Assembly: GCA_963731595.1 (NCBI GenBank)
Contig: CAVSWE010000003.1
Location: 108,948 to 172,947 of the forward strand
DNA length: 64,000 bases
From: an uncultured delta proteobacterium
Lineage (GTDB): Bacteria; Myxococcota_A; Polyangia; Polyangiales; Polyangiaceae
Reading direction: 5' to 3'
Below, piece after piece: positions 9,701 through 18,668 of this stretch; the stretch's first letter is position 1, and every line of letters starts with the position of its first letter. Below the pieces are notes generated by a model. It had not been told where the DNA came from. It worked only from the letters and a program-made list of their open reading frames with translations, and made no database searches. Made by a program: the position numbers and the translations under genes.

Positions 9701-10727
9701 GCGCGTGCGCCGTCTCGCTCTCGAGCGCGGCGTCGCCGAGCGACGGCGCGGCCGATGACGGCGTGTCCTCGCGCTGCGCGAACCGCGCGAGAAACTCGCT
9801 CAAATCGTGCGCGGTGTACCGCGCGCCCGCCGAGTACAAGAAGGCGAGCAGCGACTCGTAGAAGCGGCCCGCGTCGGCGTAGCGGTCCTTCGTGTCCTTC
9901 GCGAGCGCGGTCTTCAGGATCTTCACGAGCTCGGGCGGCACCTCGGCCCGCAAGAGCTCGACCGGCGGGTACTCGCACGCCTGCACGCGCCGCAGCGTCT
10001 CGAACGTCGTCGGCGCGCTGAAGGGGTTCACGCCCGCGAGCAGCTCGTACAGCACGACGCCGAGGGAGAAAATGTCGCTCCGCGAATCGACCGGCTCGCC
10101 GCGCGCCTGCTCCGGCGACATGTAACCGAACTTGCCGTGGAGCTGGCGCGTGCGCGTGTCCTCGAGGTTCTGCTCGAGCGCGCCGCGCGCCTTCGCGATG
10201 CCGAAGTCGGTCACCTTCACCTCGCCCTCGTACGAAAGCAAGACGTTCTGCGGCGACACGTCGCAGTGCACGATTCCGAGCGGCTTCAGCTGCTCGTCAC
10301 GCCGGCGATGCGCGTGATCCAAACCTTTCGCCACTTCGGCGCAGACGAAGACGGCGAGCTCGATCGGGATCGCCTTCTGTTGCCGGCGGGAGCGCGCGAG
10401 CAGCGTCGCGAGATCGAGCCCGTGCACGAACTCCATCGCCATGAAGTACGCGTCGGGGAGCTTGTGCCCCTTCTCGTCGGTCACCGGCGCGATGCCAAGG
10501 TCGAACACTTGCACGATGTTCGCGTGCGAGAGGCGCACCGCGAGCTTCGCCTCGTGGATGAACATGTCGACGAACTGCTGGCTGCGCGCGAGCTCGGGCA
10601 AGATGCGCTTGATGACGAGGACCTTCTCGAAGCCCTCGACTCCGAAGCTCTTCGCCTTGAACACTTCGGCCATGCCGCCTTGTCCGAGGCGCTCGAGCAA
10701 ACGATAGCGTCCGAACGCCGCGCTCAC
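6735..10727 (-). CDS. Ser/Thr protein kinase fused to an AAA/STAND NTPase and TPR repeats (1330 aa)
   Basis: ORF 6735-10727 (GTG start). N-terminal Hanks kinase: GxGxxG (LGQGGMAEV), VIK Lys, HCDVSPQN catalytic loop, DFG. Middle P-loop (GGHGVGKTRLL). C-terminal third is TPR-like helical repeats. Confidence 0.85.
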   Translation of the reverse strand: MSAAFGRYRLLERLGQGGMAEVFKAKSFGVEGFEKVLVIKRILPELARSQQFVDMFIHEAKLAVRLSHANIVQVFDLGIAPVTDEKGHKLPDAYFMAMEFVHGLDLATLLARSRRQQKAIPIELAVFVCAEVAKGLDHAHRRRDEQLKPLGIVHCDVSPQNVLLSYEGEVKVTDFGIAKARGALEQNLEDTRTRQLHGKFGYMSPEQARGEPVDSRSDIFSLGVVLYELLAGVNPFSAPTTFETLRRVQACEYPPVELLRAEVPPELVKILKTALAKDTKDRYADAGRFYESLLAFLYSAGARYTAHDLSEFLARFAQREDTPSSAAPSLGDAALESETAHAQERTPVEVPPSRTASSTMARVDTGRIPAGGDGGGRFVDIERAAGVGERREVTALYVELPRGVDARVSATAAEIVERYGGSLVRRESDQLAALFGLGDPDGRDTEVATRCALVALRALTGPAARASAGIHTGRIHVTAEGTPTDDDRLNGLVASARDLARAREGRIAISGTAVRLVKGLFTFEPITSESGQNLTPLLAGSLVKDVRGPTEAFGRFVGRKEELRKIGEVLASATRRQARVLTIRGGHGVGKTRLLVEVERRLGKGNYNVGFYIAACPPRGREYPLSGIVSMLQVLCGVGEGDPPERIASVQPRLRALGLHDEEVGAVLTALGASVPTYSGANAKSSLRSALARMVMSLCEDKPHTFAWDNAHNMDEDSFSILSASFDRLSHARVVFAFTAREGFAHPLEKGAAHVSIDLTDLKSAEDVSRLVALRLGTQTAPEELVRFVRERAGGHPLFIEEIIKGLLDANAVSVADGRVVAMRLLGQELALPKTLRGLVASRVARLEATAKTTLQAAAVLGDPIDSAVLARMLNQPLAALERSLSSLKSADFLAHTSASELHFTSPIMREVVVDALPQDAARDMHAAAGLALEQTLGERAWEQAARIATHFYESGDRELAATYFAKSGEGRLEARQLEAAVRDYARAIELCDMATRDARELASWLDALATGVRLVRSAPEAEDTCARVIARLDKVGDPELRVRTRVAAARLLVALHKFEAATPHLSEAERVAGGRDELMKMVLVASAELAGRRGDFNRSLELLTRMQKLATAEGDKQEEHKILTNLAQAHAALGARAAAIQALDRAEQLLPADTAAACERQKLRGLVHFFLRDFRLAAVEIEKAIDVARSLGLTYEVAVNLHNLGDVLIRLDDYARAYGALQQSLALCEEYAFERLLTHNRMLLAYLAGYKGDPEGDKQLDQGISYAEANEFWWDVISGRFLRALLLRRRGKDEEAKHAFHSLRALAKTNGHRMVVDDCDAALAEYAKA

Positions 10728-10885
10728 GGCGAGATCCTCGGGTCAATCGCTTGCAGTCGTAACCCCCGCACGGTGCGAGCCGAAGTAATCCGTTGCGCGT
10801 GTCATGGCAACGTCACTTTGAACCGTACCATCGAATCCCATTTGCGCGAGCCACACGGACCCACATCGCCGCACTCTCGTCGGGG

Positions 10886-13238
10886 TCACTGGCGTACGAA
10901 GATGGGGTTCGTCGCGGCGAACGGCTGAATCGGCATGAAGGGCAGAATGTCGTCGAGGGTCCGCTTGCCGCGGACGACGACCATCACCCAAGTACCGGCG
11001 GCGCCGACGGTCGAGTCGCCGAGGTCGACCTTCACGTCCGTGTCGAGCCGGACCGTGCGCGCCTGAGCCTCCTCGAGCGGGCCGGTCTCCGGTCCGGTGA
11101 TCGTCGGACGCGACGGAACGTCGATCGTCTGAACGATCTTCGCCGGCTCGAGCGTCGCGCCGTGCACGCCGACGACGATGTCCACCGTCGTGACGTCCAC
11201 CCAAGGCGCTGCGCGCACGACCAAATGGCCGGACAGCTCGCGCCCCTTCGCGCTGACGTCGCCGCCGGGGCGCGCCCCCTCGAGGACGAAGTCGACGATC
11301 GGTCCGCTCGTGACGGTGACGTGGCCGGCTTTGATCGCGGCGACGATCGCGGCCGGATCTCTTTCCGTCGACGCGCACCATCGTGCGCGGATACCCGGCC
11401 CACTGGTACTGGATGCGGTGCGAGTCGCTCGACCCGGTGATCGCGTAACGATGTCCCGCGTCGAGGAGCGCCCAATAATCGCGGAGGACGTTCTCGACGC
11501 GCTCGAGCGAGGCGCTCTCGTAGCCGTTGAAGACCTCGAGCGCGTCGAAGTCGAGCCTGATGCGCGCCGGCGGCGGCGTGCCCGCCTTCCACCCGAACGC
11601 GGTGAAGTAACCGATGTCGCGCGCGAGGCGCGGGTGGTGCACGACGAGGACGCGCTTCGGATCGCCGCCGCGCGCCGACGCGAAGACGGCTCCGACGTTC
11701 GTGTGGCGAAACGCCGGGACGCCCTTGCCCTGCGGATACGGAAAGATCCCGAAGTGACCGAAGCGCGGCGAGTACGTCGTAATCTCGACGCCGGGCACGA
11801 ACATGAGCTCGCCCTCGAGCCCGAGCATCGCGAGCGAAGGACCGTAGTCGCCGACGAGGTTGTGCTCGGTCGGCACGGCGAAGTCGATGCCGGCGGCGAC
11901 GAGCGAGAGCACGCGGTCCTCGGGCGAGACGGGGGAGTCGAAGCTCGGCCGCGCGTGGACGTGGAGATCGCAGCCGAGCTCGTCCGGCGTCGGGACCACG
12001 TGGCGCGGCGCGAGGTCGAGATCGACTCGCTTGCCTGGAGCGATCGCGACGACGCGCGAGTCGATGCTCCACTCGATCCCCTTCGTCACGGCGACGCGGT
12101 ATTTCCCCGCCGGGAGCGGCGTCGTCACCTCGCCGCGGAGCGCGTCGATGATCGGCCCCGCGCCCGACGCGCGATAATCGGGGCCGAAGCTCGGGTCGAG
12201 CGTGCCGTCGATTCCGTGCACGAGCAGGCGCGCGGTGATCGGCTCGTTCGTGTCGGCGTCGAGCACGCGCACGTGGAGCTCGCCGCCGTCGGAGACGTCG
12301 AGCTGGAGGTCCCACGGCGTTCCGGGCGCGTGGATCACCGGCGCGCTCGTGCGCGTCGCGCTCGCGCTCGCGTACCAGCTCGTGACGAACGCCGGCGCGC
12401 GGAAATCGAATCGACCGGCGACGTCCGTCGCGAGGCGCATCTGCTGAGCGCCCTGATCGTCGAGCCCGACGACGTGCGTCGCGCCCGGCGCGCCCGTGAC
12501 GAAGCCTTTCACGCGCTTGGTCTCGACGTGCGCGCGATCGAACAAGACCGCCCACGGGCTCCCGCGCCGCGCGCCGCCGACGGCGATCGTGAAGCGCGCG
12601 TCCTCCGGCGGGACCGTGACGCGCACCTCCATCGCGTGCGCGTCCTCGCTCCGCGGCGCGAGCGCGACGCGCATCGGCTTGCCCGCGGCGACGAAGCCGA
12701 TCGGGTGCGCCGCGTCGGAGAGCACGGCAAACCGTCCGCTCTCCGCCGTGAGATCGGCCAGCTCGCCGCGCCCGGAGAGGAACACCTCGCGACCCTCCGT
12801 CGGGAGCCGAACGCCGACGCCGTGCTCGACGCCGGGGTCCCCGCTCTCGGTCGCCGAATCCGCGCCGCCGCGGACCGTCACGTCGAGCGCGTCGTGCGCC
12901 GCGTCCACCGTGAACGTCATCTCGCGGTCGTCTTTCGTGCGCGCGCGCGCGCGCGTCACGCCGTCGTTCGCGAGATCCGGCATCGTGATCGGTTCGACGG
13001 CGTCGTCCGCGCTCGCGACGATCTCGCCCTCGACCGAGCGTGCGCCGTCGCTCGTCTCGACGCGGATGCGTCCGTCGCGAAAGAGCGTGAAGCGCGCGTG
13101 CTTCGACTCGAGCGTCACGCTCGGCGCGTTGCGGGCGCGCAGGTCGCCGCACTTGTGCATCGCGTGGATGAGCACGGCGACGGCGACCATCGCGAGCACG
13201 AGCAGCGCGTACGGCCTCGCCCGCTCGCTGTCGTTCAC
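10886..13238 (-). pseudogene. PHP-domain (CehA/McbA-like metal-dependent phosphoesterase) secreted protein, single-nt frameshift near 11363
   Basis: N-terminal part is in the frame of ORF 10743-13718. GTG at 13238 overlaps the tsaE TGA, signal-like N-terminus [25 protein letters not shown] motifs CDLHVHARPS ... PTEHN ... GSSDSHRIQYQW. After ...YPRTMVRVDGK that frame turns Arg-rich. The +1-shifted frame (ORF 10886-11224 and its upstream extension ERDPAAIVAAIKAGHVTVTSGP...) continues protein-like to a stop at 10886. The shift maps to the T-run in ctctttcc (~11359-11366). Confidence 0.6.
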
Positions 13239-13678
13239 GAGAGCCCCGCGGCGCGCGGCCCGCTCAGCGTCGCGTCGCGCCCGCTCTTGCCGATCGCGAG
13301 GCGCACGACGAGCGCCGCGTCGCCACCGAGCCAGGCGATCGCGTCCTCGCCCCACTCGACGACGAGGATGCATCCCTCCGCGCGGCGCTCGCGAAGCCCG
13401 AGCCGCTCGATCTCGCGCCGCTCGCCCTCGCCGAGGAGCCGATGCAAGTCGCAATGCAGCAGCGTCGCGCTCGGCGTCTCGTACTCTTGGATCAGCGCGA
13501 ACGTCGGGCTCGTCACGGGCTCCTCCTCGGCCACGCCGAGCCCGCGCGCGATCCCGCCGGCGAGCGCGGTCTTGCCGGCACCGAGCTCGCCCGACAGCAC
13601 GACGAGATCGCCGGGAGCGAGGCGCGCGCCGATGGCGCGTCCGAGTCGCTCGGTGTCCCGACGCGTTCGCAGGTGCAC
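13235..13678 (-). CDS. tsaE: tRNA threonylcarbamoyladenosine biosynthesis protein TsaE (YjeE ATPase)
   Basis: ORF 13235-13678. P-loop GELGAGKT, size ~147 aa, typical TsaE layout. Confidence 0.85.
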   Translation of the reverse strand: MHLRTRRDTERLGRAIGARLAPGDLVVLSGELGAGKTALAGGIARGLGVAEEEPVTSPTFALIQEYETPSATLLHCDLHRLLGEGERREIERLGLRERRAEGCILVVEWGEDAIAWLGGDAALVVRLAIGKSGRDATLSGPRAAGLS

Positions 13679-13727
13679 GAACGACGAGGCTACTCCAAGC
13701 GCGCCCCGCGCTCAGCACCCGTCGTCG

Positions 13728-14837
13728 TCAGAAACGGACGAGCCCTCGCAGCATCGGCCCGCCGGCGACGATCGCCCCGGTGCCGCCGAACGCGCTCTGC
13801 AGGTCGAACGCCAGCTCGAGCTGGAAATGCTCGCCGAATCCCATCGACGCGAAGGCGTCGGTTCGCAGCAAGAAGCGCGACTCCTGATCGCCGGTCGTCA
13901 CGAAGAACCCGCCGATCGTCACCTCGGGCCCGACGAAGATGCGGAGCTTCGGCACGATCGGGATCGCCCAGCGCACGCCGGCGTCGAGCAGCACGGCAGC
14001 CGGACCGTAGAGATTTCCGCCCAAGTCCGCGCGCAGCGCGACGCCGCGGAAGAGCTGTGGGTAGCGCTCGCCCGAGAGCGGCGCCCACTCGCCCGTGAGC
14101 GTGCCCTCGAACGCGAAGGTCGACGGCTGGGTTTGCGGCGCCGGCACGGGCACCGTCGGGTGCGCGAACGCGCCGTCGATCCCGATGCCGATTCCGAGCG
14201 CGAACGGCGCGTGGATCCCGTAGCCGCGGTCCGGCTCGGGGACGACGGGCTTGGGGGGAGGCGGCGGAGGTGGAGGCGGCGGAGGCGGGGGCGGGGGAGG
14301 CGGAGGCGGAGGCGGCGCTTTGAGGACGTCGTTCTCCCACGGGATCTCGGCGTTGGCGATCCCCTCCGGCCGGAGGAGGAGCGCGAGCATCTCGGCGATC
14401 TGCGCGTTGGCCTTGCTCGGATCGATGTCGCGCGCGAGCGACTCGACGCGACCGCTCGACACCTGAGCCGCTTCGATCTCGAGGTGATACCCGGGGATGC
14501 CTGCGGGGTGCGGCTTCACGTGGCCGACGACGACCCACTGCGAGCTCGACGCTTTCCCGGCCGCTTCGTACTGCGCCTTGGTGTCGTTGGGCGCGCCGGC
14601 CGCCGCGGTCTCCGCCGTCAGCAGCTCCGACTCGGTCGCGAGCGGATCGCCCCGCGAGATGACCGCGCCGATCGTCGCGGTGCGCGCGGCGTCGAGGTCG
14701 CCCTTCGGGACCTCGCCCGAGAACGGCAGCACGACGACCTTCTCGGGCGGCGGCGGCGCCCCGCCGTCGGGTGCGGCGATTGCGGGTACCGAGACGAAGA
14801 AGAGACCGGCGAGGGCGATTTTAAAAAGACGCTTCAT
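13728..14837 (-). CDS. hypothetical outer-membrane-like protein with polyproline linker
   Basis: ORF 13728-14837. Signal peptide MKRLFKIALAGLFFVSVPAIAA. N-terminal globular domain, then a 23-residue uninterrupted Pro tract, then a Gly/aromatic-rich C-terminal domain ending ...LVRF. Confidence 0.6.
   Translation of the reverse strand: MKRLFKIALAGLFFVSVPAIAAPDGGAPPPPEKVVVLPFSGEVPKGDLDAARTATIGAVISRGDPLATESELLTAETAAAGAPNDTKAQYEAAGKASSSQWVVVGHVKPHPAGIPGYHLEIEAAQVSSGRVESLARDIDPSKANAQIAEMLALLLRPEGIANAEIPWENDVLKAPPPPPPPPPPPPPPPPPPPPPKPVVPEPDRGYGIHAPFALGIGIGIDGAFAHPTVPVPAPQTQPSTFAFEGTLTGEWAPLSGERYPQLFRGVALRADLGGNLYGPAAVLLDAGVRWAIPIVPKLRIFVGPEVTIGGFFVTTGDQESRFLLRTDAFASMGFGEHFQLELAFDLQSAFGGTGAIVAGGPMLRGLVRF
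14250..14320. repeat. (GGN)n simple repeat encoding the polyproline tract (minus strand CCN)
   Basis: Plus strand reads ggaggcggcggaggtggaggcggcggaggcgggggcgggggaggcggaggcggaggcggc inside CDS 13728-14837. Confidence 0.8.
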
Positions 14838-14891
14838 GCGCTGTGCGATCGCCGGCCGCCGCGACAGTCAGACATTCTTAGCACGTCGCGG

Positions 14892-16379
14892 TCAGGCCGG
14901 CTCGGCCTCGGGCTCGCTTTCGTCGTCGTCGTCGTCGTCTTCGTCTTCGCCTTTGGGCTCGTCTTTGGCGGGCTTCTTCGAAGCGGTCGGCCGAGCGGGC
15001 TCGGGAGACTCCTCCTCGTCCTCTTCTTCTTCTTCCTCTTCCTCGGCAACCGCCTTCTTCTTCTTCACCATCTCGCTCGCGAGCCCGAGGCTCATCGCCT
15101 GCTCCGGGTGCTTGCGCGCCTTCTCCCAGAGCTTCGCGTAGAAGTACGAGACGATGACCGCGCTCAGCAGCCCGACGAACTGGCTCGTCGAGAGCATGTA
15201 GGGATCGCTCTCGAACTGCGCCGGCTTCAGCGCGAAGAACGCGACGATCGCGGGGACGACGGACAGCACGCGCGCGACCGTGCGCACGCGCTTGTTCGGG
15301 ATGCCGAGCGACACGCCGAAGATGAACGCGATCGCGAACAGCAAGAGGCCGCCCGAGATGAGGACGTAGCGGTCCATCTGCGGCGGGACGTTCCCGCGCT
15401 CTTCGTCGTCGCGCCAGAGCTCGAGCAAGAAGCGCAAGAACCCGTACGCGAAGACGAACGTGAAGAAAATCTGTCCGCGGAATTTCTGGTGCTTGCGGTG
15501 CCAGAGGAGGAGCGCGAGCAGCCCGAGCCCGACGAGCGCCTCGTAAATCTGCGTCGGGTGCACCGGGAAGGAGTGGTCCTTCAGGTTGACGCAGTCCGCG
15601 GCTTTGAACGCCATCTCCTGGCACATCTTCAAGTGGTGCGCGTAAGGGATGCTGCCGACGAGCGCGTTGCCTTTGTCGTCGTAGCCGAGCGTGCCGTCCG
15701 CGAGGTGCGGGAAGCTCCCGAGCTTCTGCAGCCACGCGGGCGCGTTAGGCGAGCTCGGGTGCGCGCTCGAGAGCACCTTGCCGAAGTCGCAGCCATAGAG
15801 GTAGCAGCCGATGCGCGTGATCAAGAGACCCGACGCGAGGCTCGGCACGGCGACGTCCGCCCATGGCAGGAGGCGGACGTTCTGTCGCGACAAGTACAGC
15901 CAGCTCCCGAGGAAGCCGCCGACGAACCCGCCGTACGCGACGAGCCCGCCGCGCCGCAGCGCGAAGAAGTCGGCCGTCGTGTCGAACTGGCTCGGGTTCG
16001 TGATGATGTAGAGGAGTCGCGCGCCGATGAGCGCGGCGATCGCCGTGATGACGTAACAGTTCGCCATCGTCTCGCGCGGGAGGCCGTCGCGCTCGGCGAG
16101 CCCGAGCGACAGAAACCAACCGACGATCAGCGACGACCCGAGCAAGACGCCGTACGAGTAAATCGGCAGCGAGTCGATGTGGTAGACGACGCCGCGCCAG
16201 TAGTACGAGCCTGCGCCGGCGGCCGCGGCCACCACGAGACCCGTGAGCACTTCGTCGCGTTGACCTTTGCGCGCGTAGAACGCGGCGTAGATCGCGCCGA
16301 GGCCGGCGAGCACGACGAGGGCCCACCACAGCTTGAGCGGACCATGAGGGAGCGGGATGTGAAAGAGAATGGGGTGCAT
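14892..16379 (-). CDS. lgt: prolipoprotein diacylglyceryl transferase with long acidic C-terminal tail
   Basis: ORF 14892-16379. Polytopic membrane protein with the Lgt signature region (GKVLSSAHPS...; HPTQIYEAL). The last ~70 residues are poly-E/D (EEEEEEEEDEEESPEP...DEDDDDDDESEPEAEPA). Confidence 0.85.
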   Translation of the reverse strand: MHPILFHIPLPHGPLKLWWALVVLAGLGAIYAAFYARKGQRDEVLTGLVVAAAAGAGSYYWRGVVYHIDSLPIYSYGVLLGSSLIVGWFLSLGLAERDGLPRETMANCYVITAIAALIGARLLYIITNPSQFDTTADFFALRRGGLVAYGGFVGGFLGSWLYLSRQNVRLLPWADVAVPSLASGLLITRIGCYLYGCDFGKVLSSAHPSSPNAPAWLQKLGSFPHLADGTLGYDDKGNALVGSIPYAHHLKMCQEMAFKAADCVNLKDHSFPVHPTQIYEALVGLGLLALLLWHRKHQKFRGQIFFTFVFAYGFLRFLLELWRDDEERGNVPPQMDRYVLISGGLLLFAIAFIFGVSLGIPNKRVRTVARVLSVVPAIVAFFALKPAQFESDPYMLSTSQFVGLLSAVIVSYFYAKLWEKARKHPEQAMSLGLASEMVKKKKAVAEEEEEEEEDEEESPEPARPTASKKPAKDEPKGEDEDDDDDDESEPEAEPA

Positions 16380-16468
16380 GCGGGCCCGACCCGGGTGTAC
16401 TCCCGAGGGATGCCGATGTCGACCACCCGAGCCGCCGTCTGACCGGCGGACGTGCTAAACCCGCGGGC

Positions 16469-17326
16469 GTGAAGCCCCTGCAGTTTGGTCTCTGGGCGCT
16501 CGCGCTCGCCGCGTGCGTCCCGCCCGGCAACAGCACCCGCGAGGAGGGCGAAGGCGGCTCGACCGCAATCACGGCTCCGACGTTCATGCCGTCGACCCAC
16601 GTGATGACGGCGCCCTTCGAGGACGATTTCGAGCGCCCGCACGGCGACGCGGCACCGCACCTCGCGATGGTGATGCCCACGCCGGGTCCCTCGGGCTCGT
16701 CGATTCGGCTCTTCCCGCCGACGATGGCGTCGGGCTCCGCCGCGGCGATGGCGCCGGCGCTCGAGGCGGAAGATCTCGGGCCCAACTGGCGGCAGGCCGC
16801 GACCAACGCCTGGCACATCGAGAACGGCCGCCTCTGCGGTCAGCGCGCGATGAACCACGGCGTCTGGCTCGAAAAAACGCTCCCGGTCAACGCGCGCATC
16901 GAGTTCGACGCGATCTCCGAGTCGCCGCAAGGCGACCTCAAGGCCGAGGTCTGGGGCGACGGACAGTCGCACGCGACGGCCATCTCGTACACGAACGCGA
17001 CGAGCTACCTCACCATCCTCGGCGGGTGGAAGAACAAGTTCCACGTGCTCGCGCGCCTCAACGAGCACGCCAACGATCGCCGTCAAATCAACGTCGACCA
17101 GCAGTCCGACGACCCGCGCGAGAAGCCGGTGTTCGCGGGCCAGATTTACCACTTCAAGATCGAACGAAGCGACGGCCACACCGTGCGCTGGTCGGTCAAC
17201 GGCCTCGACTATCTGTCGTGGGACGACCCCCAGCCGCTCGCCGGAATGGGGCACGACCATTTCGGGTTCAACGATTGGGAAGTGAAAGTCTGCTTCGACA
17301 ACGTGAAGGTCACGCCGCTCCCCTGA
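16469..17326 (+). CDS. hypothetical lipoprotein
   Basis: ORF 16469-17326. Lipobox MKPLQFGLWALALAAC. Protein-like composition. Confidence 0.6.
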   Translation: MKPLQFGLWALALAACVPPGNSTREEGEGGSTAITAPTFMPSTHVMTAPFEDDFERPHGDAAPHLAMVMPTPGPSGSSIRLFPPTMASGSAAAMAPALEAEDLGPNWRQAATNAWHIENGRLCGQRAMNHGVWLEKTLPVNARIEFDAISESPQGDLKAEVWGDGQSHATAISYTNATSYLTILGGWKNKFHVLARLNEHANDRRQINVDQQSDDPREKPVFAGQIYHFKIERSDGHTVRWSVNGLDYLSWDDPQPLAGMGHDHFGFNDWEVKVCFDNVKVTPLP

Positions 17327-17353
17327 CGTTCGCGGTTATGATGGCTTCACCCC

Positions 17354-18325
17354 GTGGATTCCAGCGAGATCGAGTCTCTCGTCGGTGAGCTCGAGACGCG
17401 CGTCGATCGACTGCGCGCGCTCTACGAGCAGTATTTCATGGGCATCGAGAAGATGGTGCCCGCCGTCCCGCACAAGGACGTCGAGCGCCGCATCCAGGTC
17501 CTGCGAAAGGAGCAGATCCGCAACACGGCGGTGCGCTTTCGCTTCCAGATGATCATTCAGCGGTACAACACGTACCAAACGCACTGGCAGCGTATCTGCC
17601 GGCAAATCGAAGAGGGCACGTACAAGCGCGACATGCTGCGCGCGCAGCGGCGCTTCAAACCGGCCGAGCCGGCGCCCGAGCCCGTGGCGCCCGCCGAGCC
17701 GGAGACCGAAGCCGCCGCCGTCGCCGCCGCGGTTCCCGAGCACATCGTGCCCGCGCCGAGCTTCCAGCGTCTCGAGCTCGATCCCCTCGAGGATTTCGCC
17801 GACCTCGATCGCCTCTTGAACGAGGGGACCGCCCCGCCGAAGCCCGCGGCCCCCGCGCCCGCACGGCCCATGTGGCGCAAAATCGAAGCAAAGCCCGCCG
17901 CGCCGCCGCCCGCGCCGCCGCCGCCCGCGCCGCCGCCGCCCGCGCCGCAAGCGGCCCCGCGGCCGGCACCCCCGCCGGTTCCGCGGCCGGCGACCGCCGC
18001 ACCTCCCAGGCCGCCGCCGCCGCTGCCGCAAAAGCCGCCGACGCAGGCGCCCGCGCCGCCCGCGCCGCAAGCCCCCGCGCCGCCGGCCGCGCGTCCGCGC
18101 TCCCCCGCCGATCTCAGCGACGATCGCCTTCGCCAACTCTATTCTCAGTACGTGCAGACGCGCCGCTCGCGCAACGAATCGACGGCCGCCATCACCTACG
18201 ACGCGATGGCCAAGAGCCTCCGCGAATCGAGCGAAAAGCTCCGTGAGAAGCACGGGAAATCCGTCGACTTCGAGGTCACGGTCAAGGACGGCAAGACCAT
18301 CCTTCGTCCGGTCGTCAAGCGCTGA
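17354..18325 (+). CDS. hypothetical protein (conserved N-terminal domain, Pro/Ala-rich linker, C-terminal domain)
   Basis: ORF 17354-18325 (GTG start right after in-frame stop at 17339). N-terminal helical domain, ~120 aa PAPP-rich linker, C-terminal region LSDDRLRQLYSQYVQTRR... Confidence 0.55.
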   Translation: MDSSEIESLVGELETRVDRLRALYEQYFMGIEKMVPAVPHKDVERRIQVLRKEQIRNTAVRFRFQMIIQRYNTYQTHWQRICRQIEEGTYKRDMLRAQRRFKPAEPAPEPVAPAEPETEAAAVAAAVPEHIVPAPSFQRLELDPLEDFADLDRLLNEGTAPPKPAAPAPARPMWRKIEAKPAAPPPAPPPPAPPPPAPQAAPRPAPPPVPRPATAAPPRPPPPLPQKPPTQAPAPPAPQAPAPPAARPRSPADLSDDRLRQLYSQYVQTRRSRNESTAAITYDAMAKSLRESSEKLREKHGKSVDFEVTVKDGKTILRPVVKR

Positions 18326-18328
18326 GAA

Positions 18329-18613
18329 TCAGTGCGACAAGCGGGCTCGCGAGACCGGGGTCTCGTCGTCCTCGCTGCAGAACAAGATCGCGCAGTGCTG
18401 CAGGTCGGCGCTGCGCATGCGCGTGCAGAGCTCCACCAGGTCCTCGTCCGAGTCGACGATGCACCCCTCGATCACCTGCGACGTGCGCATGTCGTAGCGA
18501 CAGTCGTCGAGGGCGACCCATCGCCCGCGGAGGAGGCCGTCCTGCTTGGCCTGCTGAAGGGAGATGCGGTGCTGCAAAGCGGCCGCCGGCGAGGTGGTGA
18601 GACGACTACCCAT
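18329..18613 (-). CDS. hypothetical small protein (94 aa)
   Basis: ORF 18329-18613. High GC3. Non-repetitive sequence with several Cys (DDCRY...EGCIV...ELCTR...HCAILFC). Confidence 0.45.
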   Translation of the reverse strand: MGSRLTTSPAAALQHRISLQQAKQDGLLRGRWVALDDCRYDMRTSQVIEGCIVDSDEDLVELCTRMRSADLQHCAILFCSEDDETPVSRARLSH

Positions 18614-18668
18614 GTGCAGTCCGCGCCGGTAACTACACGGCGGGAGGCTCCGCGGTCAAGAAACCGCC

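Noticed and set aside
4936-9978. 1680-aa minus-strand ORF and other large overlapping ORFs (5511-8060 +, 8244-9758 +)
   Set aside because: Arg/Gly-rich nonsense composition in other frames of the VWA and kinase-AAA-TPR genes.
10728-10885. 158-bp relatively AT-rich region upstream of the big kinase gene, as a possible element
   Set aside because: No repeats or palindromes found. Most simply the kinase promoter/5' UTR.
11178-16442. 1754-aa plus-strand ORF spanning the lgt/tsaE/PHP region
   Set aside because: Arg/Ala/Asp-rich low-complexity translation. It is antisense to four well-supported minus-strand genes. Typical high-GC shadow ORF.
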